The position numbers and the translations under genes were made by a program. From Okamejei kenojei (Eukaryota), in the NCBI GenBank assembly GCA_035221665.1, contig CM069154.1, forward strand, positions 31,062,001 through 31,126,000: a DNA stretch of 64,000 nucleotides. The letters are read 5' to 3'. Position 1 is the stretch's first letter; every line of letters starts with the position of its first letter. The notes under the pieces were generated by a model. It saw only the letters and a list, made by a program, of their open reading frames with translations, had not been told where the DNA came from and searched no databases. Of this stretch, positions 40,505-53,846 are shown one piece after another.

Positions 40505-40869
40505 AAAGGTTATTATGCACTGAAATCTTGGATGGAAGTGTCCAATTTTCAATATTAAAATCTTACTGGATACACTAAAATTCATACACTACACAGCTCA
40601 AAATTGTTTAATCAATAGTTCATTTTTTGAAGTGGTATGCTAAAACTTACTGAAGGTTAGAGGGACAGTCAAATTTAAATTGCAACAACATTAAGATGTT
40701 TTGAAAATGCATTCTGCATATGACCAGGCCAAATAGTTATTTTAGTTTCTGTACGTGTTTAATGAAGCTACAGAGAAAGAAGGGCCTTTACAATGAAGGG
40801 ATTCAAATGAAAATGTTACATTATTAAGCATAGAGTACAACCCAACGCTTGTAAGGAACATACCTGTGC

Positions 40870-41272
40870 TCTGTAGGTGGACACTATCTAGTTCCTAGAT
40901 AGAGTGAATGTGGAAAGGATGTTTCCAGCAATGAGAGAGTCTAGAACCAGAGGGCACAACCTCAGAATAAAAGGAAGTACCTTAAATAAAAGGAAGTAAT
41001 AAAAAGAAGAATGGAGGTAAGAAGGATTTTATTTTGCCAGAAAGTGGCAAATCTGTGGAACTCATTGCCACGGCTGGCTCTGAAAGCCAAGTCATTGGGT
41101 ATTTTTAAAGCAGACATTGATTGTTCTTGACTTGAGTAAGGGTGTCAAAGGTTATGCGTAGAAGGCAGCAGAATGGGGTTGAGATTGAAAAATAGATAAA
41201 CTCTGATAGAATGTCGTTGTAGACACAATAGGGCTGAATGGCCTGATTCTGCTTATATGTCATGGTCTTACA
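40870..41272 (+). mobile_element. CR1 3' fragment
   Basis: gagtctagaaccagagggcacaacctcagaataaaagg and aatctgtggaactcattgcc motifs. Confidence 0.85.
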
Positions 41273-43511
41273 TATAAGTTTCCACAAGTGTGTTAAAAAA
41301 GATTAGTAGACATATGTAGGTCTCACCTACAGTCAATAACAGGAGCATTTAGCATATAGAACAGCGCAATATATAATCAATTACATTTAAAAAAACACAT
41401 TCTAACATATTCATGGTAGAAGACCCAAATAATTTTCCAGAATTGCTAGGCAACCAAAGTTCAAAGAAAAGCAGGAATTGAGGGAAATTAAGAGAAATGC
41501 AGGTGATATTAATTGGACTGAACCCTCAAATCCCCAGGGCACGAAAACCTGCTATCCAGAGCACTAAAAGAGCTAGCCCCCAAAAGGATGTAGTGCTCAC
41601 TCTCTCTGTGGGTATACCAAGTAGATTTCCAATATATATGATGGCCACAATACACCGGTAAGTTATGAAAACTGATTTGAAGCAGTGCCATCTAACATGA
41701 ACTGATGCTGGCCGTTCATGAAATTGAGCCCCTCATTGTTGCAAGAATGGTTAAAGGTTGAAATCATTGGAATAAACTGCAGTTTGAAAGCCGTGAAGCC
41801 ACAGACAATGGCTTTAAAATGCATGCAATTTAACCCCCATGGCGTTTACAAGCATTGTGAAATTATATTCCATACATTTACTTCAATTTGTTAAGATTTC
41901 ACCGTAAAATTTACCAGCAATGTTGCAATAACTTTACAATGCAGGAGGCTTGCTTTCCCCATCCCAGTGAAACCAGATGCAAAACTGCAAACCCAAAAAT
42001 TTGGCGTTTAGGAAAACAATGCTAATTGTCATGCAATGGTTCATGAAGCAGCAAGTAAATAAGAATTGCATCACTTAGAATATGTTACTGAAATTTGCAT
42101 ACATACGCAATTAATCTAGATATTAAAATTCTGGAAAAATGCACCAACATCAACGCTTAAAATGTGGATTTCAAACATGTCTGAATTGTTACACCTAGAA
42201 GATATGAGATTCTTTGGTCTCCCTTTATCGATTTATTACAAGCATGTGGTGCAACATAATCCTGAAAATAAACTGTTTCAGAACTGGGTGAGGGGTGCCC
42301 AAAGATACAAAGTAGTTATATCCCTTTCATTTTATTTTCCTTTTATTATCTTTTTTGCTTTACTTTCTTGTTAAAAAAAAATCTTTTTTTTATATCTCTC
42401 CTCCTTTCTCTCTTTCTTGTACTTTTCACAAACTATCACCTTCACCACTTTATCTAACTTTCTTTTTGCTTATATTACTTTTTTTATTATTAAATTCAAA
42501 AGCAAGAAGTTGTATATGAAATGTATTATATTATTCTTAATGTACCTTATTGTATATGACTTCTAATAAATATATTATTTTTTTTTTAAAATGTCGTTGT
42601 AGACTCAATGGGCTGAATGGCCCGATCCTGCTTATATGTCTTATGGTCTTACATATAAGTTTCCACAAGTATGTTAAAAAAGATTAGTAGACAAATGTAG
42701 GTCACCTACAGTCAATAACAGGAGCATTTAGCATATAGAACAGCGCAGTATAAGCAATTACACTTAAAAAAAACACATACTAACATATTCATGGCAGAAG
42801 ACCCAAATAATTTTCCAGAACTGCTAGGCAAACAAAGTTCAAAGAAAAGCAGGAATTGAGGGAAATTAAGAGAAATGCAGGTAATATTAATTGGACTGAA
42901 CCCTCAAATCCCCAGGGCACAATAGCCTGCTATCCAGAGCACTAAAAGAGCTAGCCCCGAAAGGATGTAGAACTCACTCTCTCTGGGGATATACCAAGTA
43001 GATTTCCAATATATATGATGGCCACAATACACCAGTAAGTTATGAAAACTGATTTGAAGCAGTGCCATCTAACATGAACTGATGCTGGCCGTTCATGAAA
43101 TTGAGCCCCTCATTGTTGCAAGAATGCAATTAGCGATGGTTAAAGGTTGAAATCATTGGAATAAACTGCAGTTTGAAAGCTGTGAAGCCACAGACAATGG
43201 CTTTAAAATGCATGCAATTTAACCCCCATGGCGTTTACAAGGATTGTGAAATTATATTCCATACATTTACTTCAATTTGTTAAGATTTCACCGTAAAAGT
43301 TACCAGCAATGTTGCAATAACTTTGCAATGCAGGAGGCTTGCTTTCCCCATCCCAGTGAAACCAGATGCAAAACTACAAGCCCAAAAATTTGGCATTCAG
43401 GAAAACAATGCTAATTGTCATGTAATGGTTCATGAAGCAGCAAGTAAATAAGAATTGTATCACTTAGAATATGTTACTGAAATTCGCATACATACGCAAT
43501 TAATCTAGATA
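41210..43511 (+). repeat. ~0.9-kb direct duplication (41210-42122 and 42590-43511) separated by an L1 fragment
   Basis: Colinear near-identity from atgtcgttgtagac to caattaatctagata. Confidence 0.95.
42123..42590 (+). mobile_element. L1-clade LINE 3' end (ORF2 C-terminus, 3' UTR, poly(A) signal)
   Basis: ILKFWKNAPTSTLKMWISNMSELLHLEDMRF then WSPFIDLL...*, resembling the fish L1 ORF2 C-terminus; T-rich 3' UTR with AATAAA at 42565. Confidence 0.7.
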
Positions 43512-43519
43512 CTAACACA

Positions 43520-43833
43520 GCTGCACGGTGGCACAGCAGTAGAGTTGCTGCCTTTCAGCGAATGCAGCGCCAGAGACCTAGGTTCGATCCCGACTATGGG
43601 TGCTGTCTGTGCATAGTTTGTACGTTCTCCCCGTGACCTGCATGGGTTTTCTCCGCGATATTCAGGTTCCTCCCACACTCCAAAGACGTACAGGTATGTA
43701 GGTTAATTGGCTTGGTAAATGTAAAAATTGCCCCTAGTGTGTGTGTAGGATAGTGTCAATATGCGGGGATCGCTGGTCGGCGCGGACCCGGTTATCTAAA
43801 GGGCCTGTTTCCGCGCTGTATCTCTAAACTAAA
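43520..43833 (+). mobile_element. tRNA-derived V-SINE (HE1-like), near full length
   Basis: A box tggcacagcagt, B box ggttcgatcc, V-domain ttcctcccacactccaaagacgt, tail tatctctaaactaaa. Confidence 0.9.
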
Positions 43834-45194
43834 TTTTGGTACGAGAAATCAAGACAATTCTTTAGATGCAATCAAAAAATGGTTAAACAGCAAAGAACAC
43901 AGCTGATCCTTACTTGTCCAGAAATTAAAGTATCTGGAAGCAGTTCATTTCATAATTCCTTAAGCCATTCACAAGCTAGTTACTCTGGGTGAAAACTGCA
44001 CCCTTTCTGAGGTCTCACAATCAGAGGTTCAAATGTGTGGGCCATAAATCACTGTCAAATCAAAGCAATGTGAAATGAAAATCATAATAGAAAGAGACTG
44101 GCCAATATTTCACTGATTTTATCATCACAGATGAACAATGTTTTCTTGAAAGTAGAAAACTGATGCATTTGAGTTTTTCTACCTAATTGATACCTACTTT
44201 ATTTTACAAGCTCCACATTACAATGTTATAAAACAATACACTGTAAACTTTCTCTCACCCATTTATGATTTATGGGCAAATGAAACCTCCAGCTTTATGA
44301 GTTCCAAATAACATTTCAGAAGCAGTACAACTGAAAATCTCTCAAAGAAAATACATCACTCTACTTGAACTTCATGTGTTGTCAAGCATTACACTCTTCA
44401 AATGATAATAAATATACTTTGACCTTTTCATTGTGTGATACAAGTTCATAAGTGCAGCATTCCTAAATAATTCATGAGCTCAATTATTCACCCAGAATAA
44501 TCTTAAGGCTGCAAATTAACTATTTCACAATCAATTCAGTGTGTGAAGATGCACCCAAACATCTGAACAGGTACTGCCAATGTTGTTTGTGGAAACCATA
44601 TGCATCATGTGGGAAGACTGCTACACTAATGTCAGCATCCTTACTGAAATCATTGTCACTACAGATGAAACAATTAATCTCATGCACCACCTCCTTCAGA
44701 TCAGAGACTGCAGCCAGGTTCGCATCTACCTCTCAAAAATTCCTTTAATCTTAGCTCATTCATGGCAGTTGGAAGAAATGCAACAAAGATGTATTCATGT
44801 CGACAGATGGTGGTAGCTGGCTATCAACTGGCTGTAAAGGCTGCCACATCCTCCATCAAGCAGTTAGACAGAAGGCACTGCATGATTTTAGAAAAAATGA
44901 ACGACAAAATACTGGATCAAGGCCACACCTGTGCTGGGAAATGGACAAGCTCTGCATGATGAGATGAGAACAGGAAGGAAAGGGAAAGAATGTACTGCCA
45001 GCAGTATTGATTGATGAGGAAATGCAAGTTTATTGCTCCGATATTGGATTTCTGAAACTGCTCAGGTCTCAAGTAAATCTGTGGCAATTATTGTCTCTGA
45101 AATAAGGGATATATTAAAGCAATTGGGAAATCAAATTCATGCTCCAGCTCCCACAGGAGGTTACAATCACAAAGTATGTCAATCACTTTTCCTC

Positions 45195-45362
45195 AGCAAT
45201 TACTTTGCAAACATTTCTAAACACCTGTTTTCATTTCTTCATTCTGGGGTATTGTGTGTAGATTGATGATAAAAAAAGAATTTAATCCATTTGAAAATAA
45301 GGCTGTAACGTAACAAAATGCAGATAAAGTGAAGGAGTCTGAATACTTTCTGAATGCACTAT
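45195..45362 (+). mobile_element. Tc1-like transposon terminal fragment
   Basis: aataaggctgtaacgtaacaaaatg...gtctgaatactttctgaatgcact matches the typical fish Tc1 TIR end. Confidence 0.7.
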
Positions 45363-45492
45363 ACATAGGCCTCCATCTGAAGATTAATTTACCATCATTT
45401 TCTCTTGAATCATGATAGCTCCATCACTGCATTTGGAAGGTACCCTTGTTCAAAATAATTGGCCATTTTAAAATAAATTAGTGTAAACTAAG

Positions 45493-45780
45493 AGTCATAC
45501 AGTATGGAAACAGGCCCTCAGCCCAACTTGCCCATGCTAAACAAGATGCATCATCTATACCAGTCCCACCTGTCCCCATTTGTCTAAACCTTTCCTATCC
45601 ATATACTTGTCCAAACGTCTTTCAAATCTCATAGTACCTGCCGCAACTACCCCTTCTGGCAGCGCGTTCCTTTTACCAACCACACCGAGTGAAAAAAATG
45701 CCCTTCAGTTTCCTATTAAAACTTTCCCCTCTCACCTTAAACCAATGTCTTCTGGTTGTTGATCCCCCTATGCTGGTAAA
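45493..45780 (-). mobile_element. CR1 3'-end fragment
   Basis: gtcatacagtatggaaacaggccc ... cctctcaccttaaacc, homologous to 6358-6660. Similar short ends occur at ~24620-24735, 25072-25280, 56893-57058 and 59740-59880. Confidence 0.75.
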
Positions 45781-46459
45781 AATGGCCCTATGCATATAGT
45801 GATCATGAAATTGTGTTGTCATCAAAATCCTGAATGTTAGACATGCTTTTTTTTAAAGAAAATGGAACCAATTGTCCTTCGCATCATGATGAAATGTGAC
45901 TCCAATCCCATACAAATGTAATAGCTACTTAAATGTCCTTCTGATGGCTTAACAAACCTAATCCGTCAAGGAAGGAGCAATAAGCACAATCCAATAATCC
46001 ATTCAGTGTCAGAATCAATAATAAAAGGCATCATTTTAATCCTTTGAAAAATTGTAAGAACATGCAATATGTTTAAAAATATCTAGAACGCAACCTCATT
46101 CATACCATTACAATTTCAGCACATCTTGACCGAGAGAATTCAGATTTTCATTATTGGATGTAAACATCATGCCCTACTCAATACATACTGCCTATTCTTA
46201 AGCAATGTAAAGTCGTAGCTTGAGCAAAGTCATAGCTATTTAGCAGGTTGGATCACAAAGGTTTCTTGCACACAACAGTATAGAACAAGTGGATTTTAAC
46301 AACAAACTAAGAGTATTTTTGTTTGCTTTGGGTTTTTTTTTACGTCCAAATATATTTAACTACCTGAACTAAAATTCCTCTATAGTGGGAATATGATTTA
46401 TGCTCAACTCTCCAGATCACCAGCTGGGACCTATGAATTACTAGTCCGATAATAGCTTG

Positions 46460-46748
46460 CAAGGTGGCATCGTGGCTCAGCAGCTAGAGCTGCTGCCTCA
46501 CCGCCAGGAACCTGGGTTTAATCCTGACCTTGGGTACTGTCTGTGTGGAGTTTGCACATGGATTGACTCCAGATGCTCTAGTTTCCTCCCACATTGTGCA
46601 GGTTTGCAGGTTATTTGCCCTCGGTAAATTGCACCGAGCATTTAGGGAGTGGATGAGAATGTGAGATAACAGACTAGTGTGAATGACAGTTGGCATGGTC
46701 TCAGTGGACCAAAGGGCTTGTTTCTATGTTGTATCTCTAAACTCAACT
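46460..46748 (+). mobile_element. V-SINE (HE1-like), older copy
   Basis: Same head and tail motifs. Confidence 0.85.
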
Positions 46749-47413
46749 ATGACTGCAGTCTGGGAGCTCTCACATGTATTATAGAACCTTCGTAATGGTT
46801 TGACTGAAATCTGCAAATCACGCTTTCCTGGAATAAATATTTTTGCAGGGAATATGGGACTTTGAAATTCTATACAGAGACAGCGTCGTATAGCTATCAA
46901 CTAACCTAAGGAAAGCTGGAGGAAAAAAAGCTCAAAACAGTGTAGCAGATTATTTTCCATTACTTACATATTTTACTTGGCTTTGAGCCAGTTCAAGGCC
47001 ATAACCTCTGACTGGAATTGTACAACTTACTGTCACTGTTGGAAGACAGGTCAGATTGATGACACACACTTGTGAATACAGAATTCTCTGCATCGTGGTG
47101 GACACATTTCAAATACACAGTCTATGCGTAAAATCTGATATTTAAGTATGATGAACTGTAACTGAGCTTTATGGTGGATATGTATCAAAATTCTTTACTT
47201 TCTGCCTGACATGCTCATTCCATTCACGTAGGAACTTTTGTGCCTGAACCTCCAGTTTTATAGCTCAGGTACCAATGTATACCTCAGAATTTTCAATATT
47301 CTCTCAAGAAACAAAAGTGCAGTGAATCTCAATTCCCTTCTGTAAATCTTAATACTGGAGCGCTACAGGTAAATTCTAAAATAGTCAAGGTATTCCTCGC
47401 ACTTTTAGGAGGA

Positions 47414-47592
47414 CCAAGCCAATTAACCTACAACTTACACACTATTGGAGTGTTGGAAGGAAACCAAAGATCTCGGAAAAAAACCCATGTGGTCACGGGG
47501 AGTACGTACAAACTACGTACAGGCAGCACCCGTAGTCGAGATCGAACCCGGGTCTCTGGCGCTGTAAGGCAGCAACTCTACTGTTGTGCCAT
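47414..47592 (-). mobile_element. V-SINE 5' half
   Basis: gatcgaacccgggtctctggcgctgtaaggcagcaactcta; another partial copy at ~36600-36795. Confidence 0.85.
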
Positions 47593-47847
47593 CCTGCTAA
47601 ACAAGAATTGTTTTGAAATGGGGGGTACATAAAATGCTGGAGAAATTCAGCGGGCGCAGCAGCATCTATGGCGCGAAGGAGCTAGGCAACATTTCCGGCC
47701 AAAACCCATTGTTTTGAAATCTTGGGGACCAGGTTCACTGGGTGTAGATTTCCACATCTCCTCTAACAGTGCCCCCCCCCCCCCCCCCCCCCCCCGTTCC
47801 CATACTCTCTTTGAGTTAACCTATGACCCACTCACTGGAGTTTTGAC

Positions 47848-48203
47848 AAATGAGGGGGGACTTCATTGAAACTTACCGAACAGTGAAAGGCCTGGATAAA
47901 ATGAATGTGGGGAGGATGTGCCTCAGAATACAAAGAAAGATGAGGAGGAATCTCTTTAGTCAGAGGGTGGTGAATCTGTGGAATTCATTGCCATTGAAGG
48001 CTGTGGAGGCCAAGTCAATGGATATTTTTAAGGTGGAGATTGATAGGTTCTTGATTACTAAGGGTGTAAAGGATTTAATGGAGAAGGCAGGAGAATAGGG
48101 TTGAGGGGAAAGATAGATCAGCCATGATTGAATGGCAGAGTAGACTTGATGGGCCAAATGGCCTAGTTCTTCCCCTACAATTTATGAAGTTCTATAATTT
48201 ATG
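47848..48203 (+). mobile_element. CR1 3' fragment
   Basis: MRGDFIETY..VKGLD and FSQRVVNLWNSLP. Confidence 0.9.
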
Positions 48204-48384
48204 ACCCAGTGCCCACACTCCCTTGAAACAAACCTGGTCTGGCCTTGAGCATTCCCTTGCTGGATCCACTGGGAAATGTATATTAGGGTACTATAAAACA
48301 CCTACATTACAGTGTTGTAACAGTACTATGTAACAGTAGGGTAACATCTATATTACAGCACAGTTTATATTACCGTACTGTGTG

Positions 48385-48700
48385 TGCGGCACAGTGGCAC
48401 AGCTGGTAGAGCTGCTGCCTCAATGCCAGAGACCCAGGTTTGATCCTGTCCTCAGGTGCTGTCTGTGTGTTGTTTGCACCTTCTCCCTGCGACCACATGG
48501 GTTTGCATCAGGGGCTCCAGCTTCCTCCTACATCCCAAAGATGTGTGGGTTTGTTAGATTAACTGCCCTCTGTAAATTTCCCTGTGTATAGGGAGTAGAT
48601 GCAGAAGTGGAATGACATAGATATAGTGTGAACAGGTGATTGGTGTGGACTCAGTGTGCCAAAGGACATGTTTCCATGCTGCATCTCTAAACTCAACTAA
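48385..48700 (+). mobile_element. V-SINE (HE1-like), older copy
   Basis: ggcacagtggcacagctggtagagctgctgcctca head; ctctaaactcaac tail. Confidence 0.85.
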
Positions 48701-50099
48701 TCTGAGAAAAGGTTGGAGTAATTAATTGGAATAACATCCTTCAGTCCAGACAATTTGCCAATCCAGCATAATCAAAATTCTGACTGTACAATCAGAGTTG
48801 TACAGCTTGGAAAAGGATCCTTCAGGCCAACTTATCCATGCTGTTCTTATGACCATTTACGTTACTCCCTTCCTATTCAAGTAACTGTCCATGATGATTT
48901 CTGAATGTTGCAATTGTAGCTGCTTATATCACTTTCTCCGGCTAGCCCTAAATAGCCACTACCCTCACTGTGGAACAACATTGCTCCTCAGATCTACTTA
49001 AAGTCTCTCCCCTCACTTTAAACCTATGCCGTCTAGGATAGTTTTAGACTCTTTCACATGAAGAAAAAGACTAATTACTTTACCAGAAGCAAAATTCAGT
49101 CTCATTCAGAAATGAGAGGACTTTTTCAAAGGGCTAATAAAATAATACTTAGCAAGAACTGTTGCAAATACAATCAGTTGTTCTTATACAGCACATATTT
49201 TGACATCCGTATATAGCTTTGTGAATTCTGCATGGTTTACATTTATTACCAGCACAAAGGTTTATTGATGAGGAAATTACTGATTTCGGCAAGTATCCTT
49301 GAGGAACTTTATTTTGGTCAGAACATAGGAAATAGAATCAGGACTGATCTTTAACCTGAATGGTGCTTTCACATACAAATCCCTTTGTTTCCTTAAAATC
49401 CAAAAAGATATCTGCCTGTCTTAAGTATACAGCATGCATTGATTGAGCTTTCACAGCTCTCTAGGTTAGGAAATTCCAAAGATTCACTATCCTCAGCGTG
49501 AAGAAATTTCCTCTTGACTTCCGATATTTTGAGACACTTAAACCCCAAGATCTAGACACACCTGCTGAGGCACTCTTGCCAATTCCGTGAACAGTATACA
49601 TTTTAATGAGATCACTCCTCATTTGATCAGACTCTAGAGCATAAGGAGCCATTTTTTTAATCCCTGGTCATAAAACATCAAAGCTTATCCCAGGAGTCCC
49701 GCGAATCATCATCACAAGGGGAGGGGATGAGGGGGTGCGGAGAAGAGATTCCTTTCTGAGCACCCCCAATTTAATTTTTATAACGCCTACCTCCCTCTAC
49801 GGCGAACCAGCGGAACTAAAACAGCTTTATCCCACCCCCTCCCACACTTTCCCATCTCCAACAATAATCGTCCTGCCTTCCCAACCATTCCCTAGGGGAT
49901 AAGATGTTCTTCGAATGAGGTGCGGGGGTTGGTGGAGCTGTATGGGAGCAGCCACACCGCGATCCCCTCCCCCCCTCGCACTTCAAAAATGCACTATGCG
50001 ATTACTCCAGCATTATACTTGTGTCTTTTTGTTTCGTAAACCAGCATCTGTAGTTCCTTGGTTTCCACCTCCCACCATAGATCATAGATTTAGGTTGAG

Positions 50100-50415
50100 G
50101 AGGGTGGCATTGAGCTGCAGCGGTAGAGTAACTGTCTTACTGCGCCAGAGACCTGGGTTCGATCTTGGCTATGGGTGCTGTCTGTACAGAGTTTGTACGT
50201 TCTCCTCATGGGCTGCCAGCGATTTCTCCAGGATCTCTGGTTTCCTCCCACACTCCAAAGACATAGAGGTTTCTAGGTTAATTGGCTTTGTATAATTGTA
50301 AAAACTGTCCCCAATGTGTGTAGAATAGTGTAAGTGTGCAGGATCGCTGGTCGGCGCAGACTCAGTGGGCCTAAGGGCCTGTTCCCGAGCTAAACTATCT
50401 CTAAACTAAACTAAA
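50100..50415 (+). mobile_element. V-SINE (HE1-like)
   Basis: Same motifs; tail ctctaaactaaactaaa. Confidence 0.9.
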
Positions 50416-52604
50416 AGTGCATCTAAGGTAGACAAAAATGCTGGAGAAACTCAGCGGGTGAGGCAGCATCTATGGAGTGAAGGAAATAGGCAACGTTTCG
50501 GGTCAAAACCCTTCTTCTATCTTCGTGAAGACAGGTTGGAGAAGTATACAATATTTAGTCTGCAGAAGGGTTCCAACCCAAAATGTCACTATCCATGTTC
50601 TCACCATCAGAGATGATGCCTGACCTGCTGAGTTACTCCAGCAAATTGTGTTTTATTTTTACACCATATTTAAGTTCTCTTCCATTTATTACCTGTATCT
50701 AATTTATCCTGCCTTAACCTGTAAAATAACCTCATTAATTTCTGCTAATCTTGTCCATTGCTCATGGACACAAACCATTTGGTTAAAAAAAGTCCAAGCT
50801 TGCACTTCTTTAATGCTTGCCTCTTTATAGAAAAATAATACTCCCCTCTGGTCATTTCTCTGGACTAACTCTAGTAGAAGAAAGAACTTTCAGATTTAGC
50901 AAAGAATAACCCTCCAAAACAATTATATTATAGTAGTTTATTTTCTCATGGGAAAGATTGTTCTCCCCATGAAAGTGTTCAGTCAAGCCTTTAAATGTGA
51001 TTTTTTGGATGAACAACTGTAAATCATTAAAGTCAAGTTTAGCAGTTTAAGTATTTAAAAAAAATTGTATTCCCACTGTAATTGTCAGCGATATTGTTTT
51101 AACAAAAACAACTTCCCAAATATAACTCTTATAAGACCACTACTGTTAAAATGAAAATTGCTGAGCAAGTCATCTATGGAGAGAGAACCATTGGAGATCA
51201 ATAATCTTCAAACTTTTGCCAGCATGTTCGGATTTTATTTTAGAATTCCAGAATTTCTAGAATTTCCAGAATTTGCACTCTTTTACAACTGTCTTCCTTT
51301 TTTAGGTCCTCTTTTATCTTGTAGGTTCTAAGCCAGCTTTATAAATTTATTGATCAGATAATTTTGGTTATGCCACTATTTCTTCTTTATAGGAGATACA
51401 AATGCATTTTTTGTTGGAACAGGGATGCTTTTGAAATGTCATAATGTTGCACAATCTAGTTGCTAGTCTCCAACATCACCTCTCCTTCTTTAGTTAGTTC
51501 AATCCACTACATTCAAAATTATGATCAAACCTGTACAACAACTCAATCATTTTATCCCTCGATTCAATTTGTATTCAACACGCTATTACACTCAACCCTG
51601 AATATGCTTAACAGACCGCACATTGCTCTGGGGAACAAAGACTTAATGGTAATTAAAAAACTTGAAGAAATTTCTCATCTCAGCCTTGAAACGACCAAAC
51701 AACATTTTGAAAATTTAAGCTTGGTTTTAGATCCTGAACCAAGATGAACAGTTTCTCAACATGCAACCTGTCAGGGACTCAAATGATTTCTAACTTTCAC
51801 AAGCTCGTCTTGCTTCTGAAACAGGAGGATATAGCTCAATTATCAGAAACATTAAAAGTTACTGAAAGTAGACAAAGGAAAATCAAACTCTGGTGTTTTG
51901 TTTATTCGGTTAGAGATAAAATTGGTCTGGAATACATCAGATAAGTGATAATGACCTAAGCATTTGCGCTTTAAACTATTTCTAGAATGTCATTTTTTTA
52001 CCAACATTGTTAAAATATAAACCAGTTCCGCTTACACATTGTCATTATGTATGTGCATTCACTAACACAGGGCAATAATTTCTTCATTCTCATTTACCAA
52101 ATACACCATCATTGTGTAAAAGGATTTTCAGCAAGATCTAAAATTAAGTTTTTACCATTAGTTAATACCTTTTGTTTTTAAATACAGTATTTCATGTTCT
52201 CTGAAAGTCACTCGTATTTAGGAATTTTGTTAACTTGTTTTAATCCAAATCAAGCTGCACAACTGCTCTAGTCTATATTACAATATTTACCTAAATAGTT
52301 TTTTTTCACTCCAGAATATTTACCTCCTTTACAGCAGGCGGAGATCATTTATGGGCGGAATCATTTATGGACTAATTTCTGTGGTGACTGTTCATACCAA
52401 AAAAACATTTACAATTCTATATTTGGTTCTCTTGCATCCATAGTTTCATGTTTTAACTCCCATAAGTGAGCAAAGCAGCAGACAAATAAACAAAGCTCTA
52501 GAATGTTGTGAATAGTTATTATCATTGGCGATCAAAAGAACAGTTTACTAACTGGTCTATTATTAATTAGTTTAGGCTGCAAGTTATTTTCTGTTGTGCC
52601 GCTG

Positions 52605-53033
52605 GTTATGTTCTGTTGTGCCGCTGCCTCAAAAAGGCTGTCAGCAGCATCAAGGGCCCACACCACCCTGGCCACACACTCATTTCTCCGCTACCATCAG
52701 GTAGAAGGTACAGGAGCCTGAAATCTGCAACATTCAGGTTCAGGAACAGCTGCTTCCCCACAGCCATCAGACTATAAAATACAACTTCAAACAAACTNNN
52801 NNNNNNNNNNNNNNNNNNNNNNNNNNNNNNNNNNNNNNNNNNNNNNNNNNNNNNNNNNNNNNNNNNNNNNNNNNNNNNNNNNNNNNNNNNNNNNNNNNNN
52901 NNNNNNNNNNNNNNNNNNNNNNNNNNNNTGATCTGATCTGTATTTATGCCTACAATATTCTGTTGTGCTGCAGCAAGCAAGAATTTCATTGTTCTATCTG
53001 GGATACATGACAATAAACTCTCTTGACTTGACT
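52605..53033 (+). mobile_element. Rex1/Babar-type LINE 3' fragment spanning an assembly gap
   Basis: IKGPHHPGHTLISPLPSGRRYRSLKSATFRFRNSCFPTAIRL; tail caataaactctcttgacttgact. Confidence 0.85.
52798..52928. other. Assembly gap (131 N)
   Basis: Run of n characters. Confidence 1.
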
Positions 53034-53813
53034 CTTATTGTTTAAGTTTTCATTTCAAGTTGTAAAATCTGTTACACTTATATTTAAACAGTATATTTTC
53101 TAAGTGTACGGTTATCTTTTTGCTGCACATCTGAAGATTACATTTAAGCTGACGCAATGCAAGTTTAACACATCAAACAGGCTAAGCATCCAAATGGCTA
53201 CTAGTGAGAAGTTTTTCCAAGCATACCTCTTCTAGTTTTCAGTTAAGTCTATTCTGGTTTCCTTCATATCTAGCTTACACTTAAATATATCTCAACCACT
53301 CTTTGTATTAGTATTCCAAATCTTCACTGCTCTTTGAGTGAGGTCTGCCAATGTCCAAAAAGAAAGTACCATTGACTTTCTTGCCTTTCTGATGTCTGGT
53401 CATTACTTCGCACAAGTGGAAACATTTTGTCAAAAGCAACATTGTTGAACCCTTTCATTACCCTAGATTTCCATTATCTCCTTTCAAATTTAACTTTTCT
53501 TGAGAAAATAACACAAATCTCTGCCCTGGCAATGTCCTTATGCAGCATTTTTGTCACTGCACATGGTCCCCTGAATACACCAACCTCGCATGTTAAATAT
53601 ACCATGCAGGTAATTGATTATTCTGCTCCTGTTTACAGTAAGTCAAATGATCGATAAATCACGAGATGAATGTTAACATGATGCACACAGACAATTTTTT
53701 TTGACAATGGAGGTCCAAACACTTTTGCATACATTGTGAGACAAAAAAGCAAAAAGATGAATTGGTAAGTTTTGATTCATGCCTGCTGGCACTGTCATTT
53801 TAAACAAGCTTAC

Positions 53814-53846
53814 CTGGGTATCTTTCTCCTCTTTTTCACTTTCACC
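53814..53846 (-). CDS. PPP1R12B: MYPT2 coding exon, 33 nt, phase 0/0: GESEKEEKDTQ
   Basis: Strong acceptor gcttttcctttag| and donor CAG|gtaagc. Acidic peptide at the position of EDETDGSEEVKETW (MYPT2) or ...KKETQ (MYPT1). Confidence 0.85.

Noticed and set aside
43520-43600. tRNA gene
   Set aside because: The A and B boxes belong to a SINE head; there is no cloverleaf and the SINE body follows.
44539-44959. Overlapping short ORFs as a coding region
   Set aside because: No recognisable domain or splice structure; probably old repeat debris.
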